Both the position numbers and the translations under genes were made by a program. A stretch of 64,000 nucleotides of DNA from Selenomonas sp. (lineage in GTDB: Bacteria; Bacillota; Negativicutes; Selenomonadales; Selenomonadaceae): positions 31,451 to 95,450 of the forward strand of contig JAGPMW010000003.1 in the NCBI GenBank assembly GCA_018052705.1. Reading direction: 5' to 3'. The notes under the pieces were generated by a model. It saw only the letters and a program-made list of their open reading frames with translations, made no database searches and was not told where the DNA came from. Below are positions 35,428-46,663 of this stretch, piece after piece (the first letter of the stretch is position 1; each line of letters opens with the position of its first letter).

Positions 35428-36333
35428 ATGGAACAGAATCAGAAACATAAATCCGGCTTTATTGCCGTTATCGGCCGACCGAATGTAGGCAAGTCAACGC
35501 TGATCAATACACTGATCGGACAGAAAATCGCGATCATGAGCGATAAGCCGCAGACGACGCGCAACCGGATTCTCTGTATATTGACGGAGCCGGATGCACA
35601 GATCGTATTCCTCGATACGCCGGGCATCCATAAGCCCAAACATAAGCTTGGCGAGTACATGGTCAAGGCGGCTGAGGGAACGCTCAAGGAAGTCGATGCA
35701 ATTTTCTTTGTTGTTGATGCCACTGAAAAGATGGGACCCGGGGAGCGTTATATCCTTGAGCGGCTGCAGGCTACGCGCAAGCCGGTCATCCTGGTCGTCA
35801 ACAAGCTCGATCTCATTGAGCGTGAGCGCGCGCTGCCGATCATCTCTCACTATACCAGCCAGTATTCTTTTGCTGGTGTTGTACCAATCTCCGCCAAGGA
35901 GAAGATGAATCTCGACAGCCTGCTGGCCGAGGTCAAGAAATATCTGCCGGAAGGGCCGCAGTACTATCCGGAAGATATGATCACCGATCAGCCGGAGCGG
36001 TTGATCGTGGCTGAACTGGTCCGGGAAAAGGCGCTGCAGCTGACCCGCGATGAGATTCCGCATGCGATTGCGGTTGATGTGGATGAGATGACGACCCGCT
36101 CGAATGACGATGTCTATATCCGTGCGACTATCTATGTGGAGCGGGATTCCCAGAAGGGCATCATCATCGGTGCCAAGGGCACGATGTTGAAGAAGATTGG
36201 CGCGATGGCGCGCGAGGATATCCAGAATCTGCTGGGGTCGAAGGTATTCCTCGATCTCTGGGTCAAGGTCAAGAAAGACTGGCGCAACCGTGATGGTGTT
36301 CTGCACAATTTTGGCTTTGGTGGCGAACGATGA
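35428..36333 (+). CDS. era: GTPase Era
   Basis: ORF 35428..36333. G1 GRPNVGKST, G3 DTPG, G4 NKLD and a C-terminal KH domain (VERDSQKGIIIGAKG). Confidence 0.93.
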   Translation: MEQNQKHKSGFIAVIGRPNVGKSTLINTLIGQKIAIMSDKPQTTRNRILCILTEPDAQIVFLDTPGIHKPKHKLGEYMVKAAEGTLKEVDAIFFVVDATEKMGPGERYILERLQATRKPVILVVNKLDLIERERALPIISHYTSQYSFAGVVPISAKEKMNLDSLLAEVKKYLPEGPQYYPEDMITDQPERLIVAELVREKALQLTRDEIPHAIAVDVDEMTTRSNDDVYIRATIYVERDSQKGIIIGAKGTMLKKIGAMAREDIQNLLGSKVFLDLWVKVKKDWRNRDGVLHNFGFGGER

Positions 36334-37022
36334 GTGAGGACAAGCCTTCGAGTGAACGCCGCCGCAGCCTGTCCCGGCGGGTATCGCGCCGGTTCATCAA
36401 TGGCCTGATCCTGCTGGTTCCACTGGCGATTACCTTTTTTGTGGTGGAAGAGACGCTGCAGTTTACCGAAGGCGTACTGGGCAAGCATCTGCCCTTCTAT
36501 TTCCCGGGAATGGGGCTGGCAACGCTGCTGCTGGTCATCTATCTGGCTGGCTGGGCTTCATCCTACTGGGCAACCCGACGGGTTATCCATCTCGGTGAGG
36601 AACTGCTGGGGAAAATCCCGGTAGTCAAGTTTATCTACAACAGCGTCAAGCATCTGTCGACCGCTGTGTTCGAATCGAACAGCATGTTCGATCATGTGGT
36701 GCTGGTACCGTTTCATCAGTCCAAGGCGCTCGGGTTTATCATGGCGGATGTGCCGCAGATGCTCAAGGAGAAGCTCGGTGATGACTACGTCTGCGTGTTC
36801 GTGCCCTGGAGTCTCAACATGACCTCGGGGACGAATCTCTTCGTTCTTAAGAAGGATGTCATCTATCTGGATATCAGCAGCGAATCGGCATTGCAGTATA
36901 TGCTGACAGCGGGGGCTGTCATGCCGCAGCGGGTGGCGCATCCCGCTGCTGACGATACGAATATTTCTGCAGCCGCTGTGGCGGATTTGCAGAAAAAGGA
37001 AAAGAACGATGGCGCTGTATAA
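36330..37022 (+). CDS. DUF502 domain membrane protein
   Basis: ORF 36330..37022. It has two N-terminal TM helices and blocks like IPVVKFIYNSVKHL and VPWSLNMTSG, typical of DUF502 as I remember it. It overlaps the era stop and the recO start. Confidence 0.6.
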   Translation: MSEDKPSSERRRSLSRRVSRRFINGLILLVPLAITFFVVEETLQFTEGVLGKHLPFYFPGMGLATLLLVIYLAGWASSYWATRRVIHLGEELLGKIPVVKFIYNSVKHLSTAVFESNSMFDHVVLVPFHQSKALGFIMADVPQMLKEKLGDDYVCVFVPWSLNMTSGTNLFVLKKDVIYLDISSESALQYMLTAGAVMPQRVAHPAADDTNISAAAVADLQKKEKNDGAV

Positions 37023-37737
37023 GACCGATGCAGTAGTGCTGGGAGCAAAAAACTGGGGCGAGGCGGACAAGATGATGACCTTTTTTACGAAGGAGCGTGG
37101 TTTGGTGCGGGCCGCAGCGTTTGGCTGCCGTCGTCCGCGCAGTCCGCTGGCTGGCGGGATGCAGATGTTTTCCTATCTCGAGCTGCAGCTGGCTGAGGGA
37201 CGTCGTGTCGACACGGTCCGGCAGTGTACGCTTCAGCAGCATTACCGTAAGCTTAGTGAGGACCTGACCACTATGGCCTATGGCAGTTTTGTAGCTGAGT
37301 TCCTGCGTGAATTCCTGCCGGAAGGAGAGCCGGAACCGCATATGTTTACCCAGCTGCTTGCAATAATGGCAGCATTTGAGACACGGAATCCGCGTGTGAC
37401 AGCAGCTGCTGCTGTTTATCAGCTGCTCGAGTATACGGGAATGCAATTGCGGTTCGAGCATTGCGTCCACTGTGGCAAAGCCATTACGGCTGATGCGTAT
37501 TTCCTCATGCATGATGGCGGGGTACTCTGCACGGATTGCCATGAGGCCGGGGCAGAGCCGTTCCCCTCCGATTTGCGGATGTTTATCATTGGCCTGAGGG
37601 ATTTTGACTGGGAGCAGCCACAGGCACTGAAAATCAGTGCGGCGCTGCTTATGCAGGCGGAGGCAATCCTGTTGCAATACCTGCAATCGATGCTGGGCAA
37701 ACCGCTGAAATCGCTGGCCTTTATTCAGCAGCTATAG
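37009..37737 (+). CDS. recO: DNA repair protein RecO
   Basis: ORF 37009..37737. N-terminal OB-fold pattern YKTDAVVLGAKNWGEADKMMTFFTKERGLV, the zinc motif CVHCG...CTDC and the conserved era-recO synteny. Confidence 0.88.
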   Translation: MALYKTDAVVLGAKNWGEADKMMTFFTKERGLVRAAAFGCRRPRSPLAGGMQMFSYLELQLAEGRRVDTVRQCTLQQHYRKLSEDLTTMAYGSFVAEFLREFLPEGEPEPHMFTQLLAIMAAFETRNPRVTAAAAVYQLLEYTGMQLRFEHCVHCGKAITADAYFLMHDGGVLCTDCHEAGAEPFPSDLRMFIIGLRDFDWEQPQALKISAALLMQAEAILLQYLQSMLGKPLKSLAFIQQL

Positions 37738-37750
37738 GAGCGAGATTGAT

Positions 37751-38380
37751 ATGATGAAAAAGAACATAATCCAGACGGGTATGCTGACGCTGATCCTGAT
37801 TTGCCTGCTGGCAACCGGCTGTTTCATGGATAAGCCGTTAGAAACGACAGCTGTTCAGGGAACCGTCTATCAGTTAAATCTGAAACTTCCTTTTGCGATA
37901 AAAGCGGAACCAAAAGATATGAATTTAGATCCAAGTACAGCGGTTTTCGTGCAGAAAGCACAGAGCTGTATGGAACGGCCGACTGGCGAAGATCTGCATA
38001 TGGCCGAGTTTGCGGTAAACACCTTTGATCAGGAGAATATTAACCAGTCCTATGGTGGTGCAGATAGCGAAAAAGTGCAGCAATTCTATAAGAATTTTGG
38101 CAAGGTGCTGACCGATTCCTATATCCAATCGCTGACGAAGGCCGCAAATATGACGGATGTTTCGACCGAGGCAAAAGCGGTTGAAATTGATGGGCGCGAG
38201 GCAACGGTTACGACGGTTCAGTGCAAGATGAAGGGGGAGGATGAGACCCTTAAAATCATCTATATCAATGATCCGGCAGAATCCTGGCTCATTGCACTGG
38301 CTTATCCGAAGGAGAAACAGGACGGCATCGGCCGCAAAATCGATGAGACGATCATTCCGGGGATAAAACTGGTGAAGTGA
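37751..38380 (+). CDS. Hypothetical lipoprotein
   Basis: ORF 37751..38380. Signal peptide with lipobox LLATGC. I recognise no other motif. Confidence 0.55.
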   Translation: MMKKNIIQTGMLTLILICLLATGCFMDKPLETTAVQGTVYQLNLKLPFAIKAEPKDMNLDPSTAVFVQKAQSCMERPTGEDLHMAEFAVNTFDQENINQSYGGADSEKVQQFYKNFGKVLTDSYIQSLTKAANMTDVSTEAKAVEIDGREATVTTVQCKMKGEDETLKIIYINDPAESWLIALAYPKEKQDGIGRKIDETIIPGIKLVK

Positions 38381-38415
38381 TGGTGCAATAATCCTATGGA
38401 TTTGAATCCGTGTCA

Positions 38416-38444
38416 TTGACATACATAGAAGAATCAGTTAAACT
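38416..38444 (+). promoter_or_regulatory. Candidate promoter of the glyQS leader
   Basis: TTGACA (38416-38421), 17 nt spacer, TAAACT (38439-38444). The -10 is weak. Confidence 0.4.
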
Positions 38445-38450
38445 TGATTT

Positions 38451-38653
38451 TAGCGATGACGAAGAGGAGTAGCGCCATTTCAGCGAGACCGGGAGAGTGA
38501 GAGCCGGTCAGCGGTGCGAAGGCGCTTCTGAGCGGAAACCAATACTTTGAGGTGGGCTTCCTTTACGGGAACCAATCAGGGTGGAACCGCGGGAACTTGT
38601 AATCCAAGTCTCGTCCCTGTAACGATAATGCGTTGCAGGGACGAGACTTTTTT
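38451..38653 (+). promoter_or_regulatory. T-box riboswitch leader, Gly specifier (GGC)
   Basis: K-turn GATGA, AGTA, and specifier-loop GAA-GGC-G (GGC at 38521-38523). The T-box sequence AATCAGGGTGGAACCGCGGG has UGGA, matching the U73 discriminator of tRNA-Gly. The terminator is gtctcgtccctg / cagggacgagac + T6 (38608-38653). Confidence 0.92.
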
Positions 38654-38694
38654 GTTGCCTGCAGCATAGTATTTTTTGTAGAGGAGTTGTTCTC

Positions 38695-39573
38695 ATGAAA
38701 TTTCAGGAAATCATCCTGACCCTGCAGAAATTCTGGTCTGAGCAGGGCTGCATCCTGGCCGAACCGTATGATGTAGAAAAAGGTGCTGGTACCATGAACC
38801 CATCGACGTTCCTGCGGGTGCTGGGTCCGGAACCATGGCATGTGGCCTATGTTGAGCCGTCACGCCGTCCGGCGGATGGCCGCTATGGTGATAATCCGAA
38901 CCGCCTGTATCAGCATCATCAGTTTCAGGTCATTATGAAACCCTCGCCGAACAATATTCAGGAGCTTTATCTTGAGAGCCTGGAGCGTCTCGGCATTGAT
39001 CCGAAGCAGCATGATATCCGTTTTGTCGAAGATAACTGGGAATCTCCAACGCTGGGTGCCTGGGGGCTGGGCTGGGAAGTATGGCTCGATGGCATGGAAA
39101 TCACGCAGTTCACGTATTTCCAGCAGGTCGGCAGCCAGGACATCAAGCCAGTTGCTTCCGAGATCACGTATGGCCTCGAGCGTCTGGCCATGTATATTCA
39201 GGGCGTTGAAAATGTTTACGACATCCAGTGGACGGATGATTACACCTATGGCGATGTCTTCCATCAGAACGAGTATGAGCAGTCGGTCTATGCGTTTGAC
39301 CTCTCGGATGAGAAACTGCTGTTTGAGCTGTTTGACAAGTATGAGGCGGAGGCAGTACGCGTCATCGCTGAGGGCTATGTGCATCCGGCCTATGACTATG
39401 TACTGAAATGCTCCCATGCGTTCAATCTGCTGGATGCTCGTGGTGCAATCTCGGTATCCCAGCGTACGGCATTTATTGGTCGTGTTCGTAAGCTTGCCCG
39501 TCTGTGTGCAGAGTGTTATCTGAAACAGCGTGAAGAGCTGGGCTATCCAATGCTGCACAGAGGGGAGAAATGA
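38695..39573 (+). CDS. glyQ: Glycine--tRNA ligase alpha subunit
   Basis: ORF 38695..39573. Highly conserved GlyQ sequence ([39 protein letters not shown]). Confidence 0.95.
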   Translation: MKFQEIILTLQKFWSEQGCILAEPYDVEKGAGTMNPSTFLRVLGPEPWHVAYVEPSRRPADGRYGDNPNRLYQHHQFQVIMKPSPNNIQELYLESLERLGIDPKQHDIRFVEDNWESPTLGAWGLGWEVWLDGMEITQFTYFQQVGSQDIKPVASEITYGLERLAMYIQGVENVYDIQWTDDYTYGDVFHQNEYEQSVYAFDLSDEKLLFELFDKYEAEAVRVIAEGYVHPAYDYVLKCSHAFNLLDARGAISVSQRTAFIGRVRKLARLCAECYLKQREELGYPMLHRGEK

Positions 39574-41627
39574 TCATGAGTAAGGATTTATTACTGGAAA
39601 TCGGCACGGAAGAAGTTCCGGCCCATGTCATGCCGGGCATTCTTGCCCAGCTGAAAGAGAATGCCGGGAAGGCATTCAAAGAGAACCGTATCGAATTTGG
39701 CAGTGTCCGCACGATTGGCACGCCGCGCCGCACGGCCCTGATCGTCAAGGATTTGGCCGAAAAACAGGCGGATGTTTCGAGTGAGAACCGTGGCCCGTCC
39801 ATCCAGATCGCTTTTGATGCCGATGGCAATCCGACCAAGGCTGCGCAGGGGTTCGCCCGTGGCCAGAAAGTCGACGCCAAGGATCTGGTGGTCAAGGACG
39901 GTTATGTCTATGCGATGGTTCATGAGGCAGGCAAGCCGGCCACGGAACTTCTGCAGACCATCCTTGCAGAGCTCATCTGCGGTCTGAGCTTCCCGAACAA
40001 CATGCGCTGGGCGGATCTTGACTTCAAGTTCATCCGTCCGCTGCGCTGGATTGTGGCCCTCTATGGCAGCGAAGTTGTCCCGTTTGAGGTGGCCGAGGTC
40101 AAATCCGGCCGCGTTTCCCGTGGTCACCGCTTCCTGTCGGACGGCGATTTCGAGATTTCCGATGCTGACAGCTATGAGGCTGCCTGCGAGCAGAACTTCA
40201 TTCTTGTTGATCAGGACAAGCGCAAAGCACTGATCCGTCAGCAGATTGAGGCAGTTGCCAAAGAGAATGGCGGTACGGCGGAGATTACGGAAGAACTGCT
40301 CGAAGAGGTCCTGTATCTTGTCGAGTACCCGACGGCGCTGTGCGGCAGGTTCGAGGAGAAATATCTGGAGCTGCCGCCTGAAGCCGTCATAACGCCAATG
40401 CGCGATCATCAGCGTTACTTCCCGGTCAAGGCCGCTGATGGCAGTCTGATGCCGCTGTTCATCACCGTCCGCAATGGCGGCAATGAACATCTGGAGACGG
40501 TACAGCATGGCAATGAGCGTGTGCTGCGTGCCCGCCTGGCAGATGCGCAGTTCTTCTTTGATGAAGACCGCAAGAAGACGCTGGAAGAACACCGTGAGAA
40601 GCTGAAAACCGTTGTATTCCAGCAGGGGCTGGGAACGATGTATGAAAAGTCTGAGCGTCTGGCTGAGCTGGCCGGCTTCATTGCCGATGCACTCGGTGCA
40701 GATGAGAAGGCCCACAAGCATGCGGTACGGGCAGCACTGCTCTGCAAGGCAGATCTCGTGACCGGCATGGTCACCGAGTTCACGGAGCTGCAGGGCATCA
40801 TGGGCCGTGAGTATGCAAAGCTCGATGGTGAATGCCCGAATGTTGCAATTGCCATCGATGAGCATTATATGCCGCGCTTTGCTGGCGACAGCCAGCCACA
40901 GTCCGAGGCCGGCCGTATTGTGAGCATTGCCGATAAGATCGATACGATTGTCGGCACCTTCAGCCGCGGTAAGATCCCGACGGGCTCCCAGGATCCGTTT
41001 GCTCTGCGCCGTCAGGCTCTCGGCCTCGTCAATATGATGATCGAGGCGAAATATACGCTGAGTCTTGCTGGCGTGGTTGACAAGGCCATGGATCTCTATG
41101 GAATCACAGCTGAGGCCGCCCGCACGAAGATGCAGGCTGACGTTGCTGACTTCATGCGTCTGCGCCTGAAGAATGTTCTCGACGGCACGCGCTATGATGT
41201 TGTCGATGCTGTGCTGACTGATGTCGATGATCTCTATCTGGTCAGCCTCAGAGCTGCCGCGGTAACCGCTTTCGTAACATCGTCTGCTGCTGCTGCGAAT
41301 ATTCAGGCCTTTGTCCGTGCCGCCAATCTGGCGAAGAAGGCGGATTGTGCCAGTGTGGATACCGCGCTGTTCCAGGCGGCCGAGGAAAAGGCACTGTATC
41401 AGGTCTATACCTCTACCGCCAGTGCAATGGAAAGCCTGGTCAAAGGACACGACTATGCTGGAGCCATTGATGCACTGACGGAACTGGCTCAGCCGATTGA
41501 TGCGTTCTTTGATGCTGTTATGGTCATGGATAAAGACGAAAAGGTCAAGAATAATCGTCTGGGACTGCTTAAGTCGATTGATGATCTGGTTAATCGTATC
41601 GCTGATTTCAGCAAGATTGTTCTTTAA
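39570..41627 (+). CDS. glyS: Glycine--tRNA ligase beta subunit
   Basis: ORF 39570..41627, with start overlapping the glyQ stop (ATGA). GlyS blocks [17 protein letters not shown] and the ending pattern. Confidence 0.93.
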   Translation: MIMSKDLLLEIGTEEVPAHVMPGILAQLKENAGKAFKENRIEFGSVRTIGTPRRTALIVKDLAEKQADVSSENRGPSIQIAFDADGNPTKAAQGFARGQKVDAKDLVVKDGYVYAMVHEAGKPATELLQTILAELICGLSFPNNMRWADLDFKFIRPLRWIVALYGSEVVPFEVAEVKSGRVSRGHRFLSDGDFEISDADSYEAACEQNFILVDQDKRKALIRQQIEAVAKENGGTAEITEELLEEVLYLVEYPTALCGRFEEKYLELPPEAVITPMRDHQRYFPVKAADGSLMPLFITVRNGGNEHLETVQHGNERVLRARLADAQFFFDEDRKKTLEEHREKLKTVVFQQGLGTMYEKSERLAELAGFIADALGADEKAHKHAVRAALLCKADLVTGMVTEFTELQGIMGREYAKLDGECPNVAIAIDEHYMPRFAGDSQPQSEAGRIVSIADKIDTIVGTFSRGKIPTGSQDPFALRRQALGLVNMMIEAKYTLSLAGVVDKAMDLYGITAEAARTKMQADVADFMRLRLKNVLDGTRYDVVDAVLTDVDDLYLVSLRAAAVTAFVTSSAAAANIQAFVRAANLAKKADCASVDTALFQAAEEKALYQVYTSTASAMESLVKGHDYAGAIDALTELAQPIDAFFDAVMVMDKDEKVKNNRLGLLKSIDDLVNRIADFSKIVL

Positions 41628-41633
41628 AACCTA

Positions 41634-41692
41634 AAAAATACCCCCTGCCTGGGATAGCACCATGGTGCGGTCCGGGGCAGGGGGTATTTTTG
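41634..41692. terminator. Bidirectional terminator between glyS and the convergent LptA-like gene
   Basis: Stem aaaaaataccccctgcc / ggcagggggtattttt. Confidence 0.8.
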
Positions 41693-41695
41693 TGG

Positions 41696-42241
41696 TCAGC
41701 CAATAATCGCATCTTTGTCCAGATCGAATTCCAAATGGCTGCTTGTTGTATTATGTCCGTGCTGGGCACAGTAGACATGTCCATCGAAGGTTACGATGCG
41801 GGTCACCCAGTTATAATTCATGTTGTCGGCATGAATGACGAGTCCGGGGCGCTTGAGCCCGCAGCGGGTGCCGAAGAACCAGGCTGTATTTTCAGCCGGA
41901 TCTGCATATAGTGCATCACCAGTAAAACAGAGCTCTCCTTCGAGAAGTGTTGTATCACCATTGGTCCAGATCTGCAGAGTCTGACTGCTGATCTGGGCCG
42001 TGTTGGTTGTAATCGTGCGGCCGCCAATAACAATGCGGACATTGCCTGTGAGCGTATAGCGGCCAGTGGACTCGTTATACGCGGTTTTATCGGCAGAAAC
42101 AAGGGGCTGCTCACGGGCTGTCACCAGGCTGCTGCTCAGCTGGATCAGCTTCGGGTGGGCTTGGCCATTGGCGGGGACTGCGCATAACAGACCCAGGGCA
42201 AGGCTGAAAGCAAAATATAGAGGAATTCGGCTAAGTGTCAT
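41696..42241 (-). CDS. Exported OstA/LptA-like (beta-jellyroll) domain protein
   Basis: ORF 41696..42241. It has a signal peptide (LLCAVPANGQA) and repeated LptA/OstA-like strands (ADKTAYNESTGRYTLTGNVRIVIGGRTITTNTAQI; ADNMNYNWVTRIVTFDGHV). The assignment is by pattern only. Confidence 0.45.
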   Translation of the reverse strand: MTLSRIPLYFAFSLALGLLCAVPANGQAHPKLIQLSSSLVTAREQPLVSADKTAYNESTGRYTLTGNVRIVIGGRTITTNTAQISSQTLQIWTNGDTTLLEGELCFTGDALYADPAENTAWFFGTRCGLKRPGLVIHADNMNYNWVTRIVTFDGHVYCAQHGHNTTSSHLEFDLDKDAIIG

Positions 42242-42418
42242 AGAATACCCTCCTTCTCGTCATAATCGCTCAGGCTACTCTTATTCTCTATAATTTTACC
42301 GCAAAGAGGCTTTTTTTGCAAAAAAGATAAAATATTAATAAAAACAGGCGGTACAGGCAGGACTTTTCCTCAATTGTATTGTAATATATAAGGATATCTA
42401 TTTGAAGGGGGCTGGAAT

Positions 42419-43417
42419 ATGAACGTCAGGGAACGTATCGAAGAACAGGAAGTCCAGATTCTTTCGCCTTGGGCGGCGAAGAGCCGGCAGGCGCAGCGGA
42501 AACATCCGATGGAGGAGTGCCCGTTCCGGACGAAATTCCAGCGGGATCGTGACCGTATCCTGCACTCGAAGTCATTCCGGCGCCTGAAGCATAAGACGCA
42601 GGTCTACATTGTATCCGGGGATCATTATCGCACGCGGATGACACACAGTCTCGAGGTAGCACAGATTTCGCGGACAATTGCCCGGGGGCTTCAGCTTAAT
42701 GAAGATCTGACTGAGGCGATAGCCCTGGGACATGATGTCGGGCATACACCGTTCGGCCACGTTGGCGAGGCTGTCATGAATGAGCTCACCGGACATTTCA
42801 CGCATAATGAACAAAGCCTGCGTGTGGTGGAATTTCTTGAACGTGGCGGTCAGGGGCTGAATCTGACCTATGAGGTCAAGGATGGCATCGTCAACCATAC
42901 CGGGCCTAACTTGCCGAAGACATTGGAAGGGCAGATTGTGCGCACGGCTGATCGTATTGCGTATCTCTGTCATGACTATGATGACAGTCTGCGCTCCGGC
43001 CTGCTGCAGGCTGGAGATCTGCCGGCGGCAGTATACAGTTCTCTGGGAGCTGACACCTCGCATATGATTACGAGCATGGTGGGTGATATGATCACGCAGT
43101 CAGCCGGGAAGGATGAAATTTGTTTGTCACCGGCTATACAGGCTGCAATGGACCGATTCCGCAGTTTTATGTTTGACCGGATCTATCACTCGGATGCATT
43201 ATCCCGCGAACGTCGTCAGGCTGCATTTGTCCTGCGGGAACTTTATAACTGGTTCATGGCAGATATTGAGCAGCTGCCATCAGAATTTATTCAGCGCGAA
43301 GAATGCTGGGGACGCCAGAAAATCGTGGCTGACTATGTGTCTGGCCTGACAGACAGCTATGCCGTCCAGCGCTTTCATGAAATCTTTATTCCGCCAGTCG
43401 GGCTCATGGTGCATTGA
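42419..43417 (+). CDS. dGTPase-like HD-domain triphosphohydrolase (Dgt family)
   Basis: ORF 42419..43417. Contains FQRDRDRILHSKSFRRLKHKTQV, RMTHSLEVAQISR and GHDVGHTPFGH, which are typical dGTP triphosphohydrolase-like motifs. It is upstream of dnaG, as in many Firmicutes. Confidence 0.85.
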   Translation: MNVRERIEEQEVQILSPWAAKSRQAQRKHPMEECPFRTKFQRDRDRILHSKSFRRLKHKTQVYIVSGDHYRTRMTHSLEVAQISRTIARGLQLNEDLTEAIALGHDVGHTPFGHVGEAVMNELTGHFTHNEQSLRVVEFLERGGQGLNLTYEVKDGIVNHTGPNLPKTLEGQIVRTADRIAYLCHDYDDSLRSGLLQAGDLPAAVYSSLGADTSHMITSMVGDMITQSAGKDEICLSPAIQAAMDRFRSFMFDRIYHSDALSRERRQAAFVLRELYNWFMADIEQLPSEFIQREECWGRQKIVADYVSGLTDSYAVQRFHEIFIPPVGLMVH

Positions 43418-43620
43418 TGCTAAATAAATTTGTCCAGCAAAAAGGATATTGACATTTTGGGTGGAATAGTATAACTTGAGATGGTCTGTATTGAAAATTG
43501 TGAGCTTATCCGGGAAAAAAATTTCCATGGTAAGCAGGAATATGGCGTTTTAGCGCGAATAAAGTACAGGTGTCTTATTATTGAGTGTCTTATTTTGGTT
43601 ATATCGTAAGGGGAAAAGTT

Positions 43621-45411
43621 ATGCGCAGCGAGAAAATGGATGAGTTTGTGGAGCAGGTACGCTCACAGTCAGACATTGTTCAGGTCGTGCAGAGCTATGT
43701 TCCACTCAAACGTAAAGGAAATCGTTATTGGGGCTGCTGTCCGTTTCATAGTGAGCAGACCCCTTCCTTTTCCGTTGTCCCGGATAAGGGCTTCTTTTAT
43801 TGCTTTGGCTGCCATGCAGGCGGAAATGTTTTCAAGTTTATATCTTTAATTGAGAACGTTACGTATTTTGAAGCGATTAAGCTTCAGGCAGAAAAGCTTG
43901 GAGTTGCTTTGCCGGAACGCCAGCGGACACCACAGGAGCTGGCCCGGGATCAGCAGATCGCGGATCTTCGCAAAGTAAATGAGCTGGCTCGCGATTTTTT
44001 CCATAACTGTCTGACTATGACTGCTTATGGAACTTCGGGTAAGGAGTATTTTGCCCAAAGAGATATTTCTTCCGAGACAATTGAGGAATTCAAGCTTGGT
44101 TTTGCACCGGATGCCTGGGATAAGCTGTCTATGGCTTTCAAGAAGCGCGGCGTGAAGCAGGAGTTCCTGCTGGCAAGCGGCCTCTCAGCCGAGCGCAGTA
44201 ATGGCGGCGGTCTTTATGACCGCTTCCGCAACCGTGTGATTATCCCGATTGCGGATGAGCGCGGGCGGGTGGTTGGTTTTGGCGGCCGTGTATTGGATGA
44301 CAGTACGCCCAAATACCTTAATACACCAGAAACGATATTGTTTAATAAGCGAAAGATCCTTTTTGGCCTGGACCGCTCGCATCGGGCAATCCAACAGGCA
44401 GGTTATGCGATTGTGGTGGAAGGCTATATGGATGCGATATCCGTTTATGGTGCTGGCGTCAAGAATGTGGTTGCCTCTTTAGGAACCGCGTTTACGGCAG
44501 AGCACTGCCAAAAACTTCTGCGCTATGCGCCGGAAATCTATTTCTGTTATGACAGCGATGAAGCCGGACAGAAAGCAACCATTCGTGCCTTGTCGATCGT
44601 GAGGGACACAGGAGCCATCGTCAAGGTGATTGTTGTTCCGGATGGCAAGGACCCGGATGAATATATCCGCAGGCATGGTCCTGAAAAATTCCAGGCACTT
44701 GTCAGACAGGCTTTGCCATTGGTGGAGTATCGTCTGCAGTATGTGCTGAACCATGTGAATTATGATACGCTGGAAGGCAAAGTGAAGGCACTGCACGAGA
44801 TGATGCCGGTTTTGACCGGGGTTCGTGAGGTGACCGTGCGCAGTGAATACGTCAAGAAACTCGCGCAGGCGTTGTTTCTTGATGAGGGTATTGTGCGCGA
44901 TGAATTCCGGCATTATGCCGGGCAGGCACTGCCCGAGGATGCCGGCAATGGCCGGGCGCCCATCCGTCAGGCCGTTCACCAGCAGGATAATGCTCTCAGA
45001 AAGGCTGGGCGCGTGGTTATCCGCATGGCCTGGCAGGATGCTGGTATCCTGCAGCATGTGCAGTCTGTATTGCCATTGACAGGCATTGGCGATCCTACCC
45101 AGCGTGAGATTCTGCAGTTCCTGCAGGATCTGGGTACGCAAAGGCAGGCTGGCGATGATGTGACGGTCGCGGAAAGACTCAGTGAGGACGCGGCGGCAGA
45201 ACTCTCGCGGGCCATGGTCGAAGATTTAGGTGGACGTGAAGAAACGGAAGCGTATAATGACTCGCTTAGAGTACTCAGGAAAGCTTACCTTAATATGCTG
45301 TACATGGAACATTCCCGCAAGGCAGAGGAATATCTGAAGGCAGGAGATACAGCGTATATCCAGGAATTAAATGAGGTAAAGAATATCAAAGATGAAATGG
45401 ATGAATTATAA
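43621..45411 (+). CDS. dnaG: DNA primase DnaG
   Basis: ORF 43585..45411, start ATG 43621 after AAGGGGA. Zinc finger CCPFHSEQTPSFSV...FYCFGCHAGG and TOPRIM EGYMD. Confidence 0.93.
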   Translation: MRSEKMDEFVEQVRSQSDIVQVVQSYVPLKRKGNRYWGCCPFHSEQTPSFSVVPDKGFFYCFGCHAGGNVFKFISLIENVTYFEAIKLQAEKLGVALPERQRTPQELARDQQIADLRKVNELARDFFHNCLTMTAYGTSGKEYFAQRDISSETIEEFKLGFAPDAWDKLSMAFKKRGVKQEFLLASGLSAERSNGGGLYDRFRNRVIIPIADERGRVVGFGGRVLDDSTPKYLNTPETILFNKRKILFGLDRSHRAIQQAGYAIVVEGYMDAISVYGAGVKNVVASLGTAFTAEHCQKLLRYAPEIYFCYDSDEAGQKATIRALSIVRDTGAIVKVIVVPDGKDPDEYIRRHGPEKFQALVRQALPLVEYRLQYVLNHVNYDTLEGKVKALHEMMPVLTGVREVTVRSEYVKKLAQALFLDEGIVRDEFRHYAGQALPEDAGNGRAPIRQAVHQQDNALRKAGRVVIRMAWQDAGILQHVQSVLPLTGIGDPTQREILQFLQDLGTQRQAGDDVTVAERLSEDAAAELSRAMVEDLGGREETEAYNDSLRVLRKAYLNMLYMEHSRKAEEYLKAGDTAYIQELNEVKNIKDEMDEL

Positions 45412-45461
45412 CTTGAATGGAAATGGATGGAGTTCGATAGACATGGAAAGGGGAATGCTGA

Positions 45462-46595
45462 ATGGCTGAGGCTAAGAAAAAAGCAGTGCAGGCTGAGGCT
45501 GGCAGTAAGAACCATAGCTCAGAGATCCTGGATAATCTCCTGTCGAAAGGCAAGAAGAACGGCGGGACGCTGACGTATGGAGAACTGGTTGAGGCTTTGC
45601 AAAAAGAAGAGCTTTCTCCCGATGAAATCGATCAGATGTATGATACCTTCAGTAAGAAAGGTATTGAAATAGTGGATGATTCGAGCAACACGGATGATCA
45701 GGATGATGATGCGGAGGACAAGGAAACAGAAGAGGTCGAGATCGATCTGTCTGTGCCTGAAGGCGTCAGCATTGATGATCCTGTCCGCATGTATCTCAAG
45801 GAGATTGGCCGCGTGCCTCTGCTTACAGCCGAGGAAGAGGTTGCTTTGGCAAAGCGGATGCAGGATGGGGACGAAGAAGCGCAGAAGCGCCTGGCTGAGG
45901 CCAATCTGCGACTGGTTGTCAGTATCGCCAAGCGTTATGTTGGCCGTGGCATGCTGTTCCTTGATCTGATTCAGGAAGGCAATCTCGGACTCATCAAGGC
46001 AGTCGAGAAGTTTGATTACACCAAAGGCTATAAGTTCAGTACTTATGCAACCTGGTGGATTCGTCAGGCCATTACCCGTGCGATTGCTGACCAGGCGCGT
46101 ACGATTCGTATTCCAGTACATATGGTTGAGACGATCAACAAGCTGATCCGTGTCTCCCGTCAGCTGCTGCAGCAGCTTGGCCGTGAGCCGGCTCCGGAAG
46201 AAATAGCCAAAGAAATGGATATTACCGTCGAGCGGGTGCGGGAAATCATGAAAATTGCTCAGGAGCCGGTTTCGCTTGAGACGCCAATTGGTGAGGAGGA
46301 AGACTCGCATCTGGGCGACTTCATTGAAGATCAGGATGCACCTGCTCCGGCAGATGCGGCATCCTTCATGCTGCTCAAAGAACAGCTCGAGGAAGTACTG
46401 GATACACTGACCCCGCGTGAAGAGAAAGTCCTCCGGCTTCGTTTTGGGCTTGATGATGGACGGGCTCGTACGCTCGAAGAGGTTGGACAGAACTTTGGTG
46501 TTACACGTGAGCGTATCCGTCAGATTGAGGCGAAGGCTCTCAGGAAGCTGCGGCATCCGAGCCGCAGCCGCAAGCTTAAGGATTTTCTGGATTAA
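45462..46595 (+). CDS. rpoD: Primary RNA polymerase sigma factor SigA/RpoD
   Basis: ORF 45462..46595. Regions 1.2 to 4.2 are present, including [41 protein letters not shown] and [30 protein letters not shown]. Confidence 0.95.
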   Translation: MAEAKKKAVQAEAGSKNHSSEILDNLLSKGKKNGGTLTYGELVEALQKEELSPDEIDQMYDTFSKKGIEIVDDSSNTDDQDDDAEDKETEEVEIDLSVPEGVSIDDPVRMYLKEIGRVPLLTAEEEVALAKRMQDGDEEAQKRLAEANLRLVVSIAKRYVGRGMLFLDLIQEGNLGLIKAVEKFDYTKGYKFSTYATWWIRQAITRAIADQARTIRIPVHMVETINKLIRVSRQLLQQLGREPAPEEIAKEMDITVERVREIMKIAQEPVSLETPIGEEEDSHLGDFIEDQDAPAPADAASFMLLKEQLEEVLDTLTPREEKVLRLRFGLDDGRARTLEEVGQNFGVTRERIRQIEAKALRKLRHPSRSRKLKDFLD

Positions 46596-46600
46596 AATCC

Positions 46601-46629
46601 TTGACATAAACGGGGCTGTCAGCTATAAT
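46601..46629 (+). promoter_or_regulatory. Consensus sigma-A promoter of tRNA-Asn
   Basis: TTGACA (46601-46606), 17 nt spacer, TATAAT (46624-46629). Confidence 0.75.
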
Positions 46630-46663
46630 AGTTTCTGTTGATGCGGAAGCATCGTGAAAATAT

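Noticed and set aside
39591-41450. 619-aa minus-strand ORF opposite glyS
   Set aside because: It is an antisense shadow ORF. The glyS frame carries the conserved motifs.
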